Positions 12,487 through 24,829 of a stretch of 35,899 bases of DNA are shown piece by piece. Origin of the DNA: Octopus bimaculoides (taxonomy: Eukaryota); the NCBI RefSeq assembly GCF_001194135.2, contig NC_069005.1:33315756-33351654 (forward strand). The letters run 5' to 3'. The notes below the pieces were generated by a model. It saw only the letters and a list, made by a program, of their open reading frames with translations. It searched no databases and was not told where the DNA came from. Every line of letters starts with the position of its first letter. Position 1 is the first letter of the stretch. The position numbers were made by a program, and so were the translations under genes.

Positions 12487-12895
12487 AAGCGGCTGTGTGA
12501 TAAGAAGTTGGCTTCCTAATAACATGGTTCCTGGTTCAGACTCACTGCATGGCACCTTAGGCAAGTGTCTTCTATTATAGCCTCGGGCTGACCAAAGCCT
12601 TGTGAGTGGATCTGGTAGACAGAAACTGAAAGAAGCCCATTGTATGTGTGTGTATATATATATGTATGTATGTATGTGTGTGTCTTTGTGTCTGTGTTTG
12701 TCCCCCACCATTGCTTGACATCCAATGTTGGCGTATTTATGTCCATGTAACTTAGTGTTTCAACAAAAGAGACCAATAGAATAAGTACTAGGCTTACAAA
12801 GAATAAGTTTGGGGTTAATTTGTTCGACTAAAACCCTTTAAGGTGATGCTCCAGCATGGCCGCAGTCAAATGGCTGAAATAAATAAAAGAATAAA
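12487..12895 (+). mobile_element. SINE family A, full length (tRNA-like head, CORE-like ccttaggcaagtgtcttct, internal (TA/TG)n, tail ccagcatggccgcagtc...aaaagaata)
   Basis: Box A/B-like head; pieces match six other loci in the window. Confidence 0.85.
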
Positions 12896-12935
12896 TATTT
12901 ATATGTATCTATGTATGTATGTTTGTGTATGTGGA

Positions 12936-12973
<38 letters not shown>

Positions 12974-13685
12974 TGTATACATGTGTATAGAGACAGACAG
13001 ACAGACAGTGCAATCACATCAAATCTGTATATACCGCCTTCATGTCTCCAGGCACCTATTATGCAAAATTGCGCCAACATTCCCCATCTCCCAGTCACCC
13101 CCCCCTCCTCCTCCTTCCTGTCTTGGTAAACCACCCCCTGCATATTCCACCACCACCACCACGATGACCATTATTTCAATCATTGAAATTATCAAAGACA
13201 ATCATTAGAATTGGCAAGTCAGTGATTATCAGCTTTGGTACAACTCATACTGGAATTATGAACCAACAAAAGCCATGTCTGTGCTGGAGATGCCAGGGGG
13301 GCGGGTAGGAGGGAGAAATGCTGCAGGCTGGACCCACCATCTTTTATGGAAAATAAAAAAAAAAATGTTGCAAGAGGAAGCAATTTCCATTGATTTCCAG
13401 ATGTTACAGACTGAATGTTGCCGATATCCATCTTGTGAGTCATGGTTGGCTGTGGTTGGATTCCGAGAAGAGAGAACCGAAAAGCATTCTTCAAGATGGC
13501 TGTTCAGGGTTTTATGTTGGGAGAGAAATAACCAGGGAATTTGCTGGAGCAATAAAAGGAAGCCTCAAATTAGATTAAGGGACTATATGTGTGTGTGTGT
13601 GTGTGCGTGTGTATATATATGTGTATATATATATGTTTATGTATGTATGTATATATATATGCATGTATATATATATATACGTATG

Positions 13686-13734
<49 letters not shown>

Positions 13735-14457
13735 NNNNNNNNNNNNNNNNNNNNNNNNNNNNNNNNNNNNNNNNNNNNNNNNNNNNNNTCTTGCACACGA
13801 AATACACATACGAAATATATATATATATATATATATATACAATAGTTCACCACATTGCTACCTTAAGTTACCTTTTATATATACACACACACACACACAC
13901 ATGTATATAACTGCATACATATGTGTATAGGGACATGCCTATATTACAAGCATGTATGCATACATGAATCCATGTATATGTACATGTACACTTGCACACC
14001 TACAAACGTACACACACTCATATGTACTCATACACACACACTCATATGTACTCATACATATATATTCTGGGACTGAAGACCCCAACATCCCATATATCAC
14101 TTCTCATCTCAGGTCACACCTTGAAAATCCCAGAATCCTGGACAGGCACTCCGACTGGAAATTGAACTAACTCCCAACGAGTATGTAGCTGTTGTTCTTT
14201 CTCACTCAAACATTAAATTTACAAACAACTTTGTGTTAATTAAAAGGGACAAATGATTAAAAATTAGCATTGGATGCAACACAGGATCCTGAGTGACTTT
14301 TTTGCAGCTGGTGCTAAAGTTTGGCTTCAAAATTGCAGTTTATGTGCAGCTGGTGTTGATGATGTGACCAATACAATCAAATCAAAATTCTACCCCACCC
14401 CTCAAAATTTCAGGCCTCATGCCTCCAGAAAAAAAGATTACTATTATTATTCTCATT

Positions 14458-14525
14458 AAGGTAATGAGCTGACAGAATCGTTAGTATGCTGGGCAAAATT
14501 CTTATTGGCATTTCATCTGTCTTCG
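14458..14525 (+). mobile_element. SINE family B head fragment
   Basis: gagctgacagaatcgttagtatgctgggcaaaat matches the head of the 29297-29524 copy. Confidence 0.6.
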
Positions 14526-14859
14526 GTTGGTGCTCCAGAATGGCCACAACCCAGCGACTAGAATCAGTAAAGGAAAAGAATCAGAGAATATATCGTAGAA
14601 ACTCGCAGACAGGTGTTGCTCCCTAATTAGAACTGCCACCACCACCGACACCACCATCAACCATTACCAACATCATGTTCACATCAACCATCACCATCAG
14701 TTACTAACCATCAGCTATCAATAATCAGTATTGACCAGTTAACATGCCACATCATGTCAATGCCCCCCCTCTCTCTCTCTTTCTAAGTATATACACACAC
14801 ACACACACACACACACATGCACATATCTGTGGCTTCCATTGATTCTCTCTCTCTTTCTC

Positions 14860-15270
14860 CCTCAGTCTACAGGCTCTTTCTCTTTCTCTTCTCTTCCCTC
14901 AGTCTATAGTTTCTTTCCCTCCCTCTCTCTCTCTCCTTCAGTTTGTAGTTTATTATCTTTCTTCCTATTTCTCGGTCTGTAGTCTCTCTCTCTCTTTCTC
15001 CCCTCTCTCCATCCATCTCTCTCTCTCTCCATCCATCTCTCTCTCTCTCCATCCATTTCTCTCTCTCTCCATCCATCTCTCTCTCTCTCCATCCATCTCT
15101 CTCTCTCTCCATCCATCTCTCTCTCTCTCTCTTNNNNNNNNNNNNNNNNNNNNNNNNNNNNNNNNNNNNNNNNNNTGTAGTCTCTCTCTCTCTTTCTCCC
15201 CTCTCTCCATCCATCTCTCTCTCTCTCTCTCCCCTCTCTCCATCCAGCTCTCTCTCTCTCTCTCTCTCTA
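14860..15270. repeat. (CT)n / (CTCTCTCTCTCCATCCAT)n compound microsatellite containing a small gap
   Basis: Read directly. Confidence 0.9.
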
Positions 15271-15844
15271 TTGATCTTAACCAGTTTTACTGATAATTGC
15301 ACAACTGCTGTAAATATCTGCTTGTTGCAGCTAATGTTCTGTGTTGCACATTAAGTGGTGGTGGTGGCAGCTCAGTGGAGGGGGTGCACCACATAGTGCA
15401 GTGATCATTTTAACCTAGTTATCTATTTATAGATGTAACTGTTGTTGTTGTCGTCATTTGTGGTGGTGGTGGGGACCAACTACTAGATTAAATAGACAAG
15501 GCTCCTCAGTCTGCCTGGCTGTAAACAGGTACCATCTGTAGCCGAAATTCACTACTGTAAACAGTGGGAGCACTGTAAAGTGATGCATTAGGTTACTGGG
15601 TTGTAGTAGGCCTGGCTTACCATTTGAAGTATCCATTCCCTGATTCTCTTACATTACAGACAACGTAACTCTGTTAATCCTAACCCTCACTGCTAACACT
15701 AACTATTTTTACTACGACTTATGACTAATCTAGTTGTTTAACCCTGTCATCATTGTATTAATCCATTTTACTGTCTACAACTGCTGACAGCTACCTTTAC
15801 GAAAAGCTATTTCTATTGTTATCCCTTTTTTTGTTTTTTCCAAC

Positions 15845-16280
15845 ATGTTAACCCAATTTCCAACACATATACCTTTCTGTTTTTGTCAATGTATTGACCC
15901 AGTTTCAAACAGATTTGAGCTATTTTTTCTGCCAATGTTAACATGTTAACCCTGCTTCTAACCGTTACCCATTTTATTTTGTCAATGTTTTATCCTATTT
16001 TCAATGCATTTATATTTTATTAGTCTGTTAACCGTTTCAAATGCATTTGCCTATATTTTGTCAGTAAGTTAACCCGGTTTCCAATGCCTTTACCTATATT
16101 TTACCGATGTGTTTACCCTGTTTCAATTGTATTGAACTATATTTTGTCAGTATATCAACCCTGTTTCCCATGCATTTACCTATATTTTCTTTGTCTGTTG
16201 ACCCTATATTTTTTTGCCAATATGTAATCCCAGGCTCCAGTTTATTGTCTATATTTTCTTCAATATGTTCCCCTTTTCCT
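15845..16280. repeat. Degenerate ~43-bp minisatellite, about 10 copies (consensus ~ atgttaaccctgtttccaatgcatttacctatattttgtca)
   Basis: Anchors at 16071, 16114, 16157 and 16200 are spaced exactly 43 bp. Confidence 0.8.
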
Positions 16281-16568
16281 ATGTAAAAGAAGAAATGGGG
16301 AAACCGGGGAAATTACGGAGTAAGAAAGAGAGGTTTCCCCCATTTAAACTGACGATGAAGATGTTTGCCCTGATGCCAAATCAAAAATAAGAGAGGCTGC
16401 AAAAAAAAAACAAAAAAAAACTCATTATTATACAAATATTTTTCTGTGACATTACCATGGAAATTGCTATTTTATATTAAAATGGAAACAAAAAACAAGA
16501 ACTGTTTTACATATATATCTACCTAACCATCTATCTGTCTGTTTGTCCCTATTTCTATCTATCTATCC

Positions 16569-16599
<31 letters not shown>

Positions 16600-17349
16600 C
16601 ACCACACACACACACACTTTCTCTTTCTCTCTCTCTCTCTCTCACATACACACATGTAGTTACATGTTTATATTAACAGAAACTCAGCAAATTCAAAATT
16701 AATTTTTTTGCTGCAGTTTCATCTCTCAGGTTATTTTCAAAATGTTACCAGAGGAGTTTGTTAACAATATTGTTGATATAAACAAATGTACTATTTGGTT
16801 GGCAGGGTGGGGGTGGAGGTGAAAGCTGGTGTGAAGGAAACAAATGTTAAGGAAGAGAGAGTATTAGGCATGCAATGTCTGGAGTGGGGTGGGTGGTACT
16901 TAAAAAAAATAATAAAAAGAAACAAATACATCTTTTTAAATAGAATTGTGTTTTTAAACTGTTTTTGATTTTCATTTCAGATCTGAATAGTAAAATAAGA
17001 TGAATAACCATTAAGTGGAATTTTAATTATTTTTGTTCTGATAATTATAAAAAAAAAAAAATTGAAATAAAGATGTGGGCGGTTTTTTTTTTTTTTTTTT
17101 TTTTTTGCATAAAGTAAGGTAAATTTTATATTAAAATAATTATATTTTGATAGGATATTCACCTTACTTTAATTAAATTGAAATTGTATGAATGCAGCTC
17201 AATGCCCACTTTGTGCCAAAAGGAACCCCCTTAAAGTATTATTTCCTGAGCTATGATCAATACTGACACTGTTTTAAAATCATAAATTGGACTGACATCA
17301 GTATCTTTCAAAACACAAAATTCCCAACATATCCTTTCATTGAGAAAGC

Positions 17350-17660
17350 ACTTAAGAACTAATTATCACAAGTATACGAAGTTTGAAGTCCAATGATGTG
17401 TTTCTTAACATAAAGCTTAAACCAAGTGATGTAACCAACAAGCCAAGCATGTTATGTACCTCAAAAGCATTTGAAACACTGATTCCAAGAGCTCTACTCT
17501 TGAAGAACCATTTAGGACTGGTTTCAAGTTGTTTGCTTAGAAGGGACCAAATGCTAAAGATTTTCAAACCACTTGTCAGATAATATTGGAGTAGCTTCTT
17601 TGTTGATTGAAGAATATAGACAATACTCGGAGTATTAGGATTTATTGCACCAAGTCAACC
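17350..17660 (+). mobile_element. Degenerate CR1-clade LINE reverse-transcriptase C-terminal fragment
   Basis: LGLVSSCLLRRDQMLKIFKPLVR*YWSS followed by KNIDNTRS.. resembles the CR1-type LG.I.R.F..RD..ML.L.K.LVRP.LEY...IDK.E motif; stops and frameshifts present. Confidence 0.55.
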
Positions 17661-17713
17661 GAGAGTCACTTCAGCCAGAATGGCAGCCATGACACTTAGC
17701 TAATTCCTTAGAA

Positions 17714-18008
17714 CAGTGGTTCTCAACCATTTTTCTTTCCTATCAAACCCCTTTGATTCCTATTCTATTCTACTGGACCCCCCCCCCTCAAGCCATTTGG
17801 TGTCAATGAAGAAAATCCTGTTATTATTTTTATAATTAATTATTATTAGGAATTGTATATATAAAAAAACAAAACAGATTAAAATATTTTGTGTATTGTA
17901 GAAATATAAGCAATTTATTGCAGATAAATTTTACCAACAAAATTTTATATTGACCCCCCCCCCCCACACACACAAGAGTCATAGAAAAACCCTAGTTGAG
18001 AATCATTG
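17714..18008. mobile_element. Non-autonomous hAT (Charlie-like) element / MITE
   Basis: TIRs CAGTGGTTCTCAAC / GTTGAGAATCATTG (12/14 match); 8-bp flanks CCTTAGAA and CCTTAGCA (7/8) fit a hAT TSD. Confidence 0.85.
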
Positions 18009-18459
18009 CCTTAGCATACATTAATTAATCTGATATTCTAGATCCTTAATATGCCATTCACCTTAATATGCCAAAACAACATTTTACTACACACAGGCTA
18101 TTTTAGTATTTCTTTCCTGAACATTACAAAACATTTCTGTACATTCTGATAAACGCTTGTTATTTTCTGATAACCCAACTCATGCAACGGAAGTCAACTC
18201 AGATTCCTTTCTTTGTTTAGTTTCATTATATATATGAGATTTTTCAGTTGGCAGTATTGAGTACGTTGTAAATACTATTCATTGTACTTTGTACTCTATG
18301 TGCAACTAACTTTAAAAAAAAAAAATGTTTGTGTGTGTGTGTTCATGTCCATATGTTTGCGTATGTGTGTGTGGACAATCAGTTATTTTTCCACACAATA
18401 AAAAAAATCTCTATAAAAGAAATAAATATCTATTGAAATGTATTATTTTTCAGTAATAA

Positions 18460-18504
<45 letters not shown>

Positions 18505-18626
18505 TAATGTGATAAAAATGGCTGAACTGTTACTGTGTTAAACCACAATTGAATAATTGTAAATTTTTCTTGCATGAAACCATTGGTATTGACCTAACAG
18601 CACTCAACTTTTATATATACATATAT

Positions 18627-19235
18627 ATGCTACACTGCAGTGAAACATGGGCTGTGACAGCCGAGGACATGCATAGGCTTGAGAGAAATGAAGCCAGTAT
18701 GCTTTACTGGATGTGCAGTGTCAGTGTGCATGTTCAACTGAGTGTAAACATCTTGAGAGAAAAGTTAGGCATGAGAGGCATCAAATGTGGTTTGCAAGAG
18801 AGACAAATGCACTGGTATGGTCATGTGATGTGTATGGACAAGGACAGCTGTGTAAAGAAGTGCCAATCTCTAACTGTGGAGGGAACCTGTGGTAGAGGTA
18901 GACCCAGGAAGACGTGAGACGAAATGGTGAAGCATGATCTTTGAACTTTGAGCCTCACAGAGACAATAACTAGTGACTGAGACCTTTGGCGATACACTGT
19001 GCTTGAGAGGAGTCATCAAACTAAGGGAAATCATAGTCGTGGCTGATGCTGACTGGCTCCCGTGCCGGTGGCATGTAAAAAACACCATTCGAGTGTGATC
19101 ATTACCAGCATTGCCTTACTGGCACATGAAAAACAACATTCAAGTGAGGTCGTTGCCAGTGCCGCTGGACTGGCTCCTGTGCAGGTGGCACGTAAAAAAC
19201 ACCATTTGAGCGTGGCCACTGCCAGTACTGCCTGA
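18627..19235 (+). mobile_element. RTE-clade LINE 3' fragment: ORF C-terminus (MLHCSETW...HWYGHV...GRGRPRKT*) plus 3' UTR with ~3 internal tandem units
   Basis: (Y/H)GSETW, WxGHV and GRGRPRKTW motifs are typical of the RTE ORF end; premature stop at 18915-18917. Confidence 0.85.
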
Positions 19236-19249
19236 CTGTATTATATTTT

Positions 19250-19385
19250 AAGTAGCTTGCTTCCCAACCACATGGTTCCAGGTTCACTCCCACTGCATGG
19301 CACTTTGGGCAACTGTCTTCTACTATAGCCTCAGGCCGACCAAAGCCTCGTGAGTGGATATGGTAAGCGAAAACTGAAAGGAGCC

Positions 19386-19392
<7 letters not shown>
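19250..19392 (+). mobile_element. SINE family A, 5' half
   Basis: Matches 19915-20060. Confidence 0.85.
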
Positions 19393-19456
<64 letters not shown>

Positions 19457-19897
19457 AAACGTATTATAGTTTAGATATATATATATTTTTTATATAGACC
19501 AAAGATGTTTTTGAAGAAGAAGAGATCTGCAATGTTCTACATGGCTGGCATAATTCATGAACTGGAGAATGAAAGAGAAAATGCTTCATCCCCAAAATGG
19601 CAGAGTGATGTGAGACAAAAGAACCAAGGCAGAGAACAAAGAACCAATGAGTAATAAAAGAGTGAGTAGGGAAACCAAATAGTTTCTGCCTAATTAGAGA
19701 CAAGGTATCACCTGCATTCAGTTTGGCCATGTGGTTGCATAGGTAAAGCTTCTGAAATGTTAGTGTGGTTACAGAGAAAAGCATGCTGCAGCATGGGCCA
19801 AAAGAATGTTTGTTAAATATAGTAATATTATTAACTAAATTTTTGTGGATTATTGGGTGATGGTTTCTGTTTATAATATACTTAATATAAATAGTGT

Positions 19898-20060
19898 AGG
19901 AGTGGCTGTGTGGTAAGTAGCTTGCTTACCAACCACATGGTTCCGGGTTCATTCCCACTGCGTGGTACCTTGGGCAAGTGTCTTCTACTATAGCCTCAGG
20001 CCGACCAAAGCCTTGTGAGTGGATCTGGTAGACGGAAACTGAAAGAAGCCTGTCGTATAT
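19898..20060 (+). mobile_element. SINE family A, 5' half, well preserved (box A TGGCTGTGTGGT ~19903; box B GGTTCATTCCC ~19946)
   Basis: Pol III A/B boxes followed by ccttgggcaagtgtcttct; multi-copy in window. Confidence 0.9.
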
Positions 20061-20061
20061 A

Positions 20062-20170
20062 CAGCAATCCCTCAACTATCGTGAGTGTTACATTCCAAAG
20101 CTCCCTGTGATAGATAAAAATCCTCAAAGTAGGAACAGTACTGTATTGTATATTTTTATAAAATTATTTC
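20062..20170 (+). mobile_element. Tigger/pogo-like DNA transposon end
   Basis: TA followed by CAGCAATCCCTCAACTATCG...GTTACATTCCAAAG resembles MER2/Tigger-type termini; second copy at 5816. Confidence 0.5.
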
Positions 20171-20194
20171 TATAATTTGTATATATTTATTAAT

Positions 20195-20735
20195 AGCAGA
20201 ACACGAGGTGGTTTAGCAATGAAGTTTGCATCAATGGAACAGCTGAGCTACCGGGAGAGACTGAAAGAGCTACGACTCTACTCCCTGGAGCAAAGACGGG
20301 AAACGTATGCAGTGATATATATATATGTGGAAGATACTGGAGGGGCTGGCACCAAACTTTGGAATTGAGAATTATACCAGACCTCAAAACGGACCTCACT
20401 GCACTGTTCTAAAAGTCCCAGCTGTATCATCTAAAGCGAGAACCATATACTGCAGTATCTTGGGATTCAGGGGCCCAAAGCTATTTAATGCCTTGCCAAA
20501 GCATCTGAGAGATCTCCATCGAGTGGGGGGGGGGGGGGGGTAGATGTTTTCAAGAAACAACTTGACCCCTTGCTATCCAAGATCCCAGATGAACCAATAT
20601 GAAGGCAGGAAACTCAAAAGAGGGCAGTGGTATCGAACTTCCTCCTTCACCAAAAGTCAATCACAAAGAATTGGCCAATTAAAAGGTGATTACACTGGTG
20701 GTGCCCCAGCATGGCCACAGCCTTATATAAAAGAA
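20195..20735 (+). mobile_element. CR1-clade LINE 3' fragment (LSYRERLKELRLYSLEQRRE..WKILEGL..GPKLFNALP..FKKQLD..IPDEP) with 3' UTR and tail
   Basis: Characteristic C-terminal motifs across frameshifts at (TA)n and G-run. Confidence 0.8.
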
Positions 20736-21306
20736 TACATACATATATATATGTATGCATGTATGTATAAATTGAAATCTAATTGATGTCAAAAGTAATT
20801 AATTATGATCGCATCCTTAATTTTTCTGTATTCATCTCCCACTGAAAAATTACTCTCTTATAAATAATATTTAACCATTTTTTTCATTAGATATTTGCAT
20901 CAGGAATGCTTTTATTTGTCATTTGTTTTTCTCATCCTCAGTCTGTTTGTTTCTAATTCATCCACATTTAACATACTTTCATGTGTTTTGTTTTACTTGC
21001 TTCTTGCCCCAAAGACCCCTTGGCATGAAGGTTTTGTGTATGTAAATGGGACACAGACAAGTTACATGGGAAAAAAATTTATTTGTAGAAAGATAACAAT
21101 CAATAATGTAATTAATAATTAAACACACACACACACTTATATATGGTTATATGTTTTTGTGTGTAAGTGTATACACAGAGAATGACAGAAGTAAATAGAC
21201 ACCCCCCCATAAAACATTGATCTATGTTTATTCTGACTTGTAATGGTTAATATTTTTTATTAATTGACATTTTTATGTTTCAGGTTCTCAATGTGACCGT
21301 TTAATC

Positions 21307-21620
21307 ATGCCTTCTGCAAAAGAGGCCTTGGAACTGTCTGAATTTCAAAGAGGCCGTATTATGGGTAATTTTTAAGGTAGACATAGCATAAAATGGCCGA
21401 AACCCTTGAGATCCTTCTTTCTACAGTTAATAAGGGTGACTGTGCAATTCAGCAGAGACGAGAAGGGGTCCACATCACCTCACCCAGATTGACCAGGGCT
21501 CTCTGACAGGACCCTTCACTTTATTAAGAGAAGTATGGAGGATAATCTTTGTTGCAAGGCCTCTCACATAGCAGAACACTGGGTGGGGGACAGTTTTGGT
21601 GGGACACGGGGACAGTGGAC
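21307..21620 (+). pseudogene. Tc1-family transposase N-terminal (paired-like HTH) relic: MPSAKEALELSEFQRGRIMG*...LSDRTLHFIKR
   Basis: ELSEFQRGRI.G and L(S/T)DR motifs of Tc1 transposases; internal stops. Confidence 0.65.
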
Positions 21621-21679
21621 AGCTTTACTGAGGTTGAGGGAAACTCTGCTATTTTCCCCAAATTTCTCGAGAATCACAT

Positions 21680-22949
21680 TGGTGGTAGTGATGGTGGTGG
21701 TTGAGATGGTTGTGGTGGTGGTTGGTGCTGGTGGTGGTGGTGGTTGGTGGTGGTGGTGGTGGTGGTNNNNNNNNNNNNNNNNNNNNNNNNNNNNNNNNNN
21801 NNNNNNNNNNNNNNNNNNNNNNNNNNNNNNNNNNNNNNNNNNNNNNNNNNNNNNNNNNNNNNNNNNNNNNNNNNNNNNNNNNNNNNNNNNNNNNNNNNNN
21901 NNNNNNNNNNNNNNNNNNNNNNNNNNNNNNNNNNNNNNNNNNNNNNNNNNNNNNNNNNNNNNNNNNNNNNNNNNNNNNNNNNNNNNNNNNNNNNNNNNNN
22001 NNNNNNNNNNNNNNNNNNNNNNNNNNNNNNNNNNNNNNNNNNNNNNNNNNNNNNNNNNNNNNNNNNNNNNNNNNNNNNNNNNNNNNNNNNNNNNNNNNNN
22101 NNNNNNNNNNNNNNNNNNNNNNNNNNNNNNNNNNNTGTTCTCTTGAGGTGTTCAATATTTAATTGATTCATAGACAATAAAATAATAATCTCTCTCCAGT
22201 TAAACTGACACAGTTATTGAGGGTGGCGGCAGTGGTGGTGATGATGTCTGGTGTAGTGTGGTAGTTAGCTTGTGATGATGATGATGATGATGATGGTAGT
22301 GGTGGTGGTGGTGGTGGTGGTGGTGGCGGCTGATGGTGGTCAATGGTGAATATAGCAATGCCCCCCCTCCCCACAAAAAAACCCAAATACAGACAAAGCA
22401 GAGAACCGTTTCAATCCTCCTGGCGAGAAAGTTGGCAATCGTGGGACTTAACTCATTTCTGCCGTCGTCTACCACCACCACCAACACCACCACCACCACT
22501 ACTACTACTACTACTGTTGCTGCTGCTGCCCCTACTGCTGTTGATGTTGTTGTTGTTGATGTCTCTACTACAACTACTGCTGCTTCTATTGCTGTTGCTA
22601 CCACCACCACCACCACCACCATCACCGGTGCTGCTGCTGCTGCTGCTGTTGCTACAACCACTCTTGCTGCTGCTACTGCCATATAACAACATCAAGCTCT
22701 CAACTGAAGGATTTCACCTCGGTCATAGGTTGGTGCCTGTTATTATTGTTGTTGTTGTTGTTGTTGTTGTTGATACTGTTATTGTGTTAATGTCATTGTT
22801 GTTGATAATGTTGTCGTTTCTGTTGAATTGTTGTTGGTGATGCGAATGGGTGTAAGTGTATGTGCGTCTGTAAGAGAGTGTGTGTGTGTGTGTGTGTTTT
22901 GATATAGTTCTGTATCTTTCTCTCTCTCTCTGTCTGCCTCTTTCCCTCA

Positions 22950-23028
<79 letters not shown>

Positions 23029-23560
23029 CACACACATACATACACATATATATATATATACACACATATACATACACATATATATATATACACACACATA
23101 CATACATATATATATATATATGTATACACACATACACACATATATATATACACACACACACACACATACACATATATGTATGTGCGTGTGTGTGTGTTTA
23201 TGTAATTGTTTTGTTTCTATTTTGTGACGCTTTCTAATCCCACCTCTCTCTCTCTCTCTCTCTCTCCCTCCCTCTCCCTCCCTCTCTATTTACCTAATTA
23301 TATTGCTTTTTTAATATTATTTTTGTTGTTGTGGTTGTTGTTTTTTGTGTGTCTCAGTTGTGTTGGGAAATTGTAATGGTTACAGAGATGGTGCTCACGG
23401 TTGCAACGGTGAGGATGGTGATGGTGATACGTTTTCTTGTTATTGTGGCAATAAACAGATATTATTATTACCATAGTAGTACTAATATTTTCACCACCAC
23501 CACCATCATCATCATCATCATTATCACAACCACCACCACCACCATCATCATTATTCATCC
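21680..23560. repeat. Compound trinucleotide (GGT/ACC/GAT/GCT/GTT) and dinucleotide (AT/AC/CT) low-complexity block including gap 21767-22135
   Basis: Read directly. Confidence 0.9.
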
Positions 23561-24695
23561 ATTCACTCACCTTTCATCCTTCCGGGTTCGATAAAAAAAT
23601 TAAAAAATCCTCAGACAAGTACAATTTTTGGCGTTGTACCTATGTTTCATATTTTTATCTTTGCTTATTATTATTATCATTATTATTATTATTATTATTA
23701 TTGTTGTTGTTGTCCTTTAATGTATCTTTATATTAGCCCTTGTGGCCAATAAAAGAATTTATTATCATTATTATTATTAGCAATGTTGTTATTCTCTCAG
23801 TTTAATTTTCGAACTCCTGCCACTTCTCTATAAAATTAATACCAGTAATACGCTTGGAACAATTACTAATTCTTGACCTTGTGTCATTGTAAGAAACTGT
23901 TATTATTATTATCATTATTATTATTATTATAAATAATAATTAATATTGAAAACTATTATTATTATTAATATTATTATTTATTACAAATAATTATTAAGAT
24001 TTTAAAAAAATGTTGTTCTTGTTGTTGTGGGGTAGGAATGATAGCGAAAGTAGAGTGATAGAGAAAATGTTACATTCTAATTACGTTGTGCTATAGTGTG
24101 AGTTCAAACGTTACCCAGGTCTCCAATTATATGTCTCCTCGTTAAGGTTTAATGAAGAACAGTACCAGTAACATTCTTTGATCAATTTAATTGATTCTAA
24201 ACCTATGGCAAAGACGTGTGGCCCTGACCTAATGCTTGGAAAAATGATAATCATTATCATTGCTGATCAATACAGCTCGAAGTGGAAGGTGAGGGGCAGG
24301 GAGGGAAGGTCGACATGTTAGTTCCTGTAAATTTTATTGGAAGGTGGGCGAGAGTGACCAGGAAAGGAAAGGGTTGGACTTGATTATGGACCTGTGGGTT
24401 GTAGGCAGAATTTTGGGAACAGGTCCTTGCCCTACATAGACAGGGCTGCCCTTTGTATAGGGTTGGGGTTAGGGTTCCTTTATTGGCAGGACAGTGAGAT
24501 TTATGTAGAGGTCTTTGATTATTTGACTATATACACGGTGTAGTCTGAGATAAACCCCACCCCGCTCCATCCTTCAAAAATCAGGATCCTTTGCCGTTTG
24601 GTCAGCTCATTATAACTGCAGCAACTACCACCAGTACTGTAAAAAACTACTACTACTACTACTACTGATATCAATAACTCACACTACTACTAGCA

Positions 24696-24735
24696 TTACG
24701 TCCATCCTTACGTCCATCCTTACGTCCATCTTTAC
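24696..24735. repeat. 12-bp tandem repeat (ttacgtccatcc) x3
   Basis: Read directly. Confidence 0.9.
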
Positions 24736-24829
24736 ATGTACAACCACCAATAACACAACAACCGCTAAGAAATCTGCCCCAGTAAACTCCGTCCGATTCA
24801 TGCAAGCATGAAACACCACCCATTGAAAC

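Noticed and set aside
13219-13578. Several overlapping 60-100 aa ORFs in unique-looking sequence
   Set aside because: No recognisable motif or consistent exon boundaries.
14977-15230. Direct duplication of tgtagtctctctctctctttctccctctctccatccat on both sides of the gap
   Set aside because: Most likely unmerged contig ends in a microsatellite, that is an assembly artefact.
15845-16280. CRISPR-like array or coding repeat
   Set aside because: Units are contiguous and diverged with no unique spacers, the 43-bp period breaks frame, and the context is eukaryotic.
19898-19960. tRNA gene
   Set aside because: It has A/B boxes but no full cloverleaf and continues into multi-copy SINE body; the same applies to other SINE heads.
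22168-22840. Poly-Ala/Val/Thr/His/Leu ORFs on both strands
   Set aside because: These are trinucleotide-repeat arrays that are open in several frames at once, with no domain or convincing splice context.
24460-24480. Interstitial telomeric repeat (GGGTTAGGG)
   Set aside because: Only a single unit in a G-rich patch, which is expected by chance.
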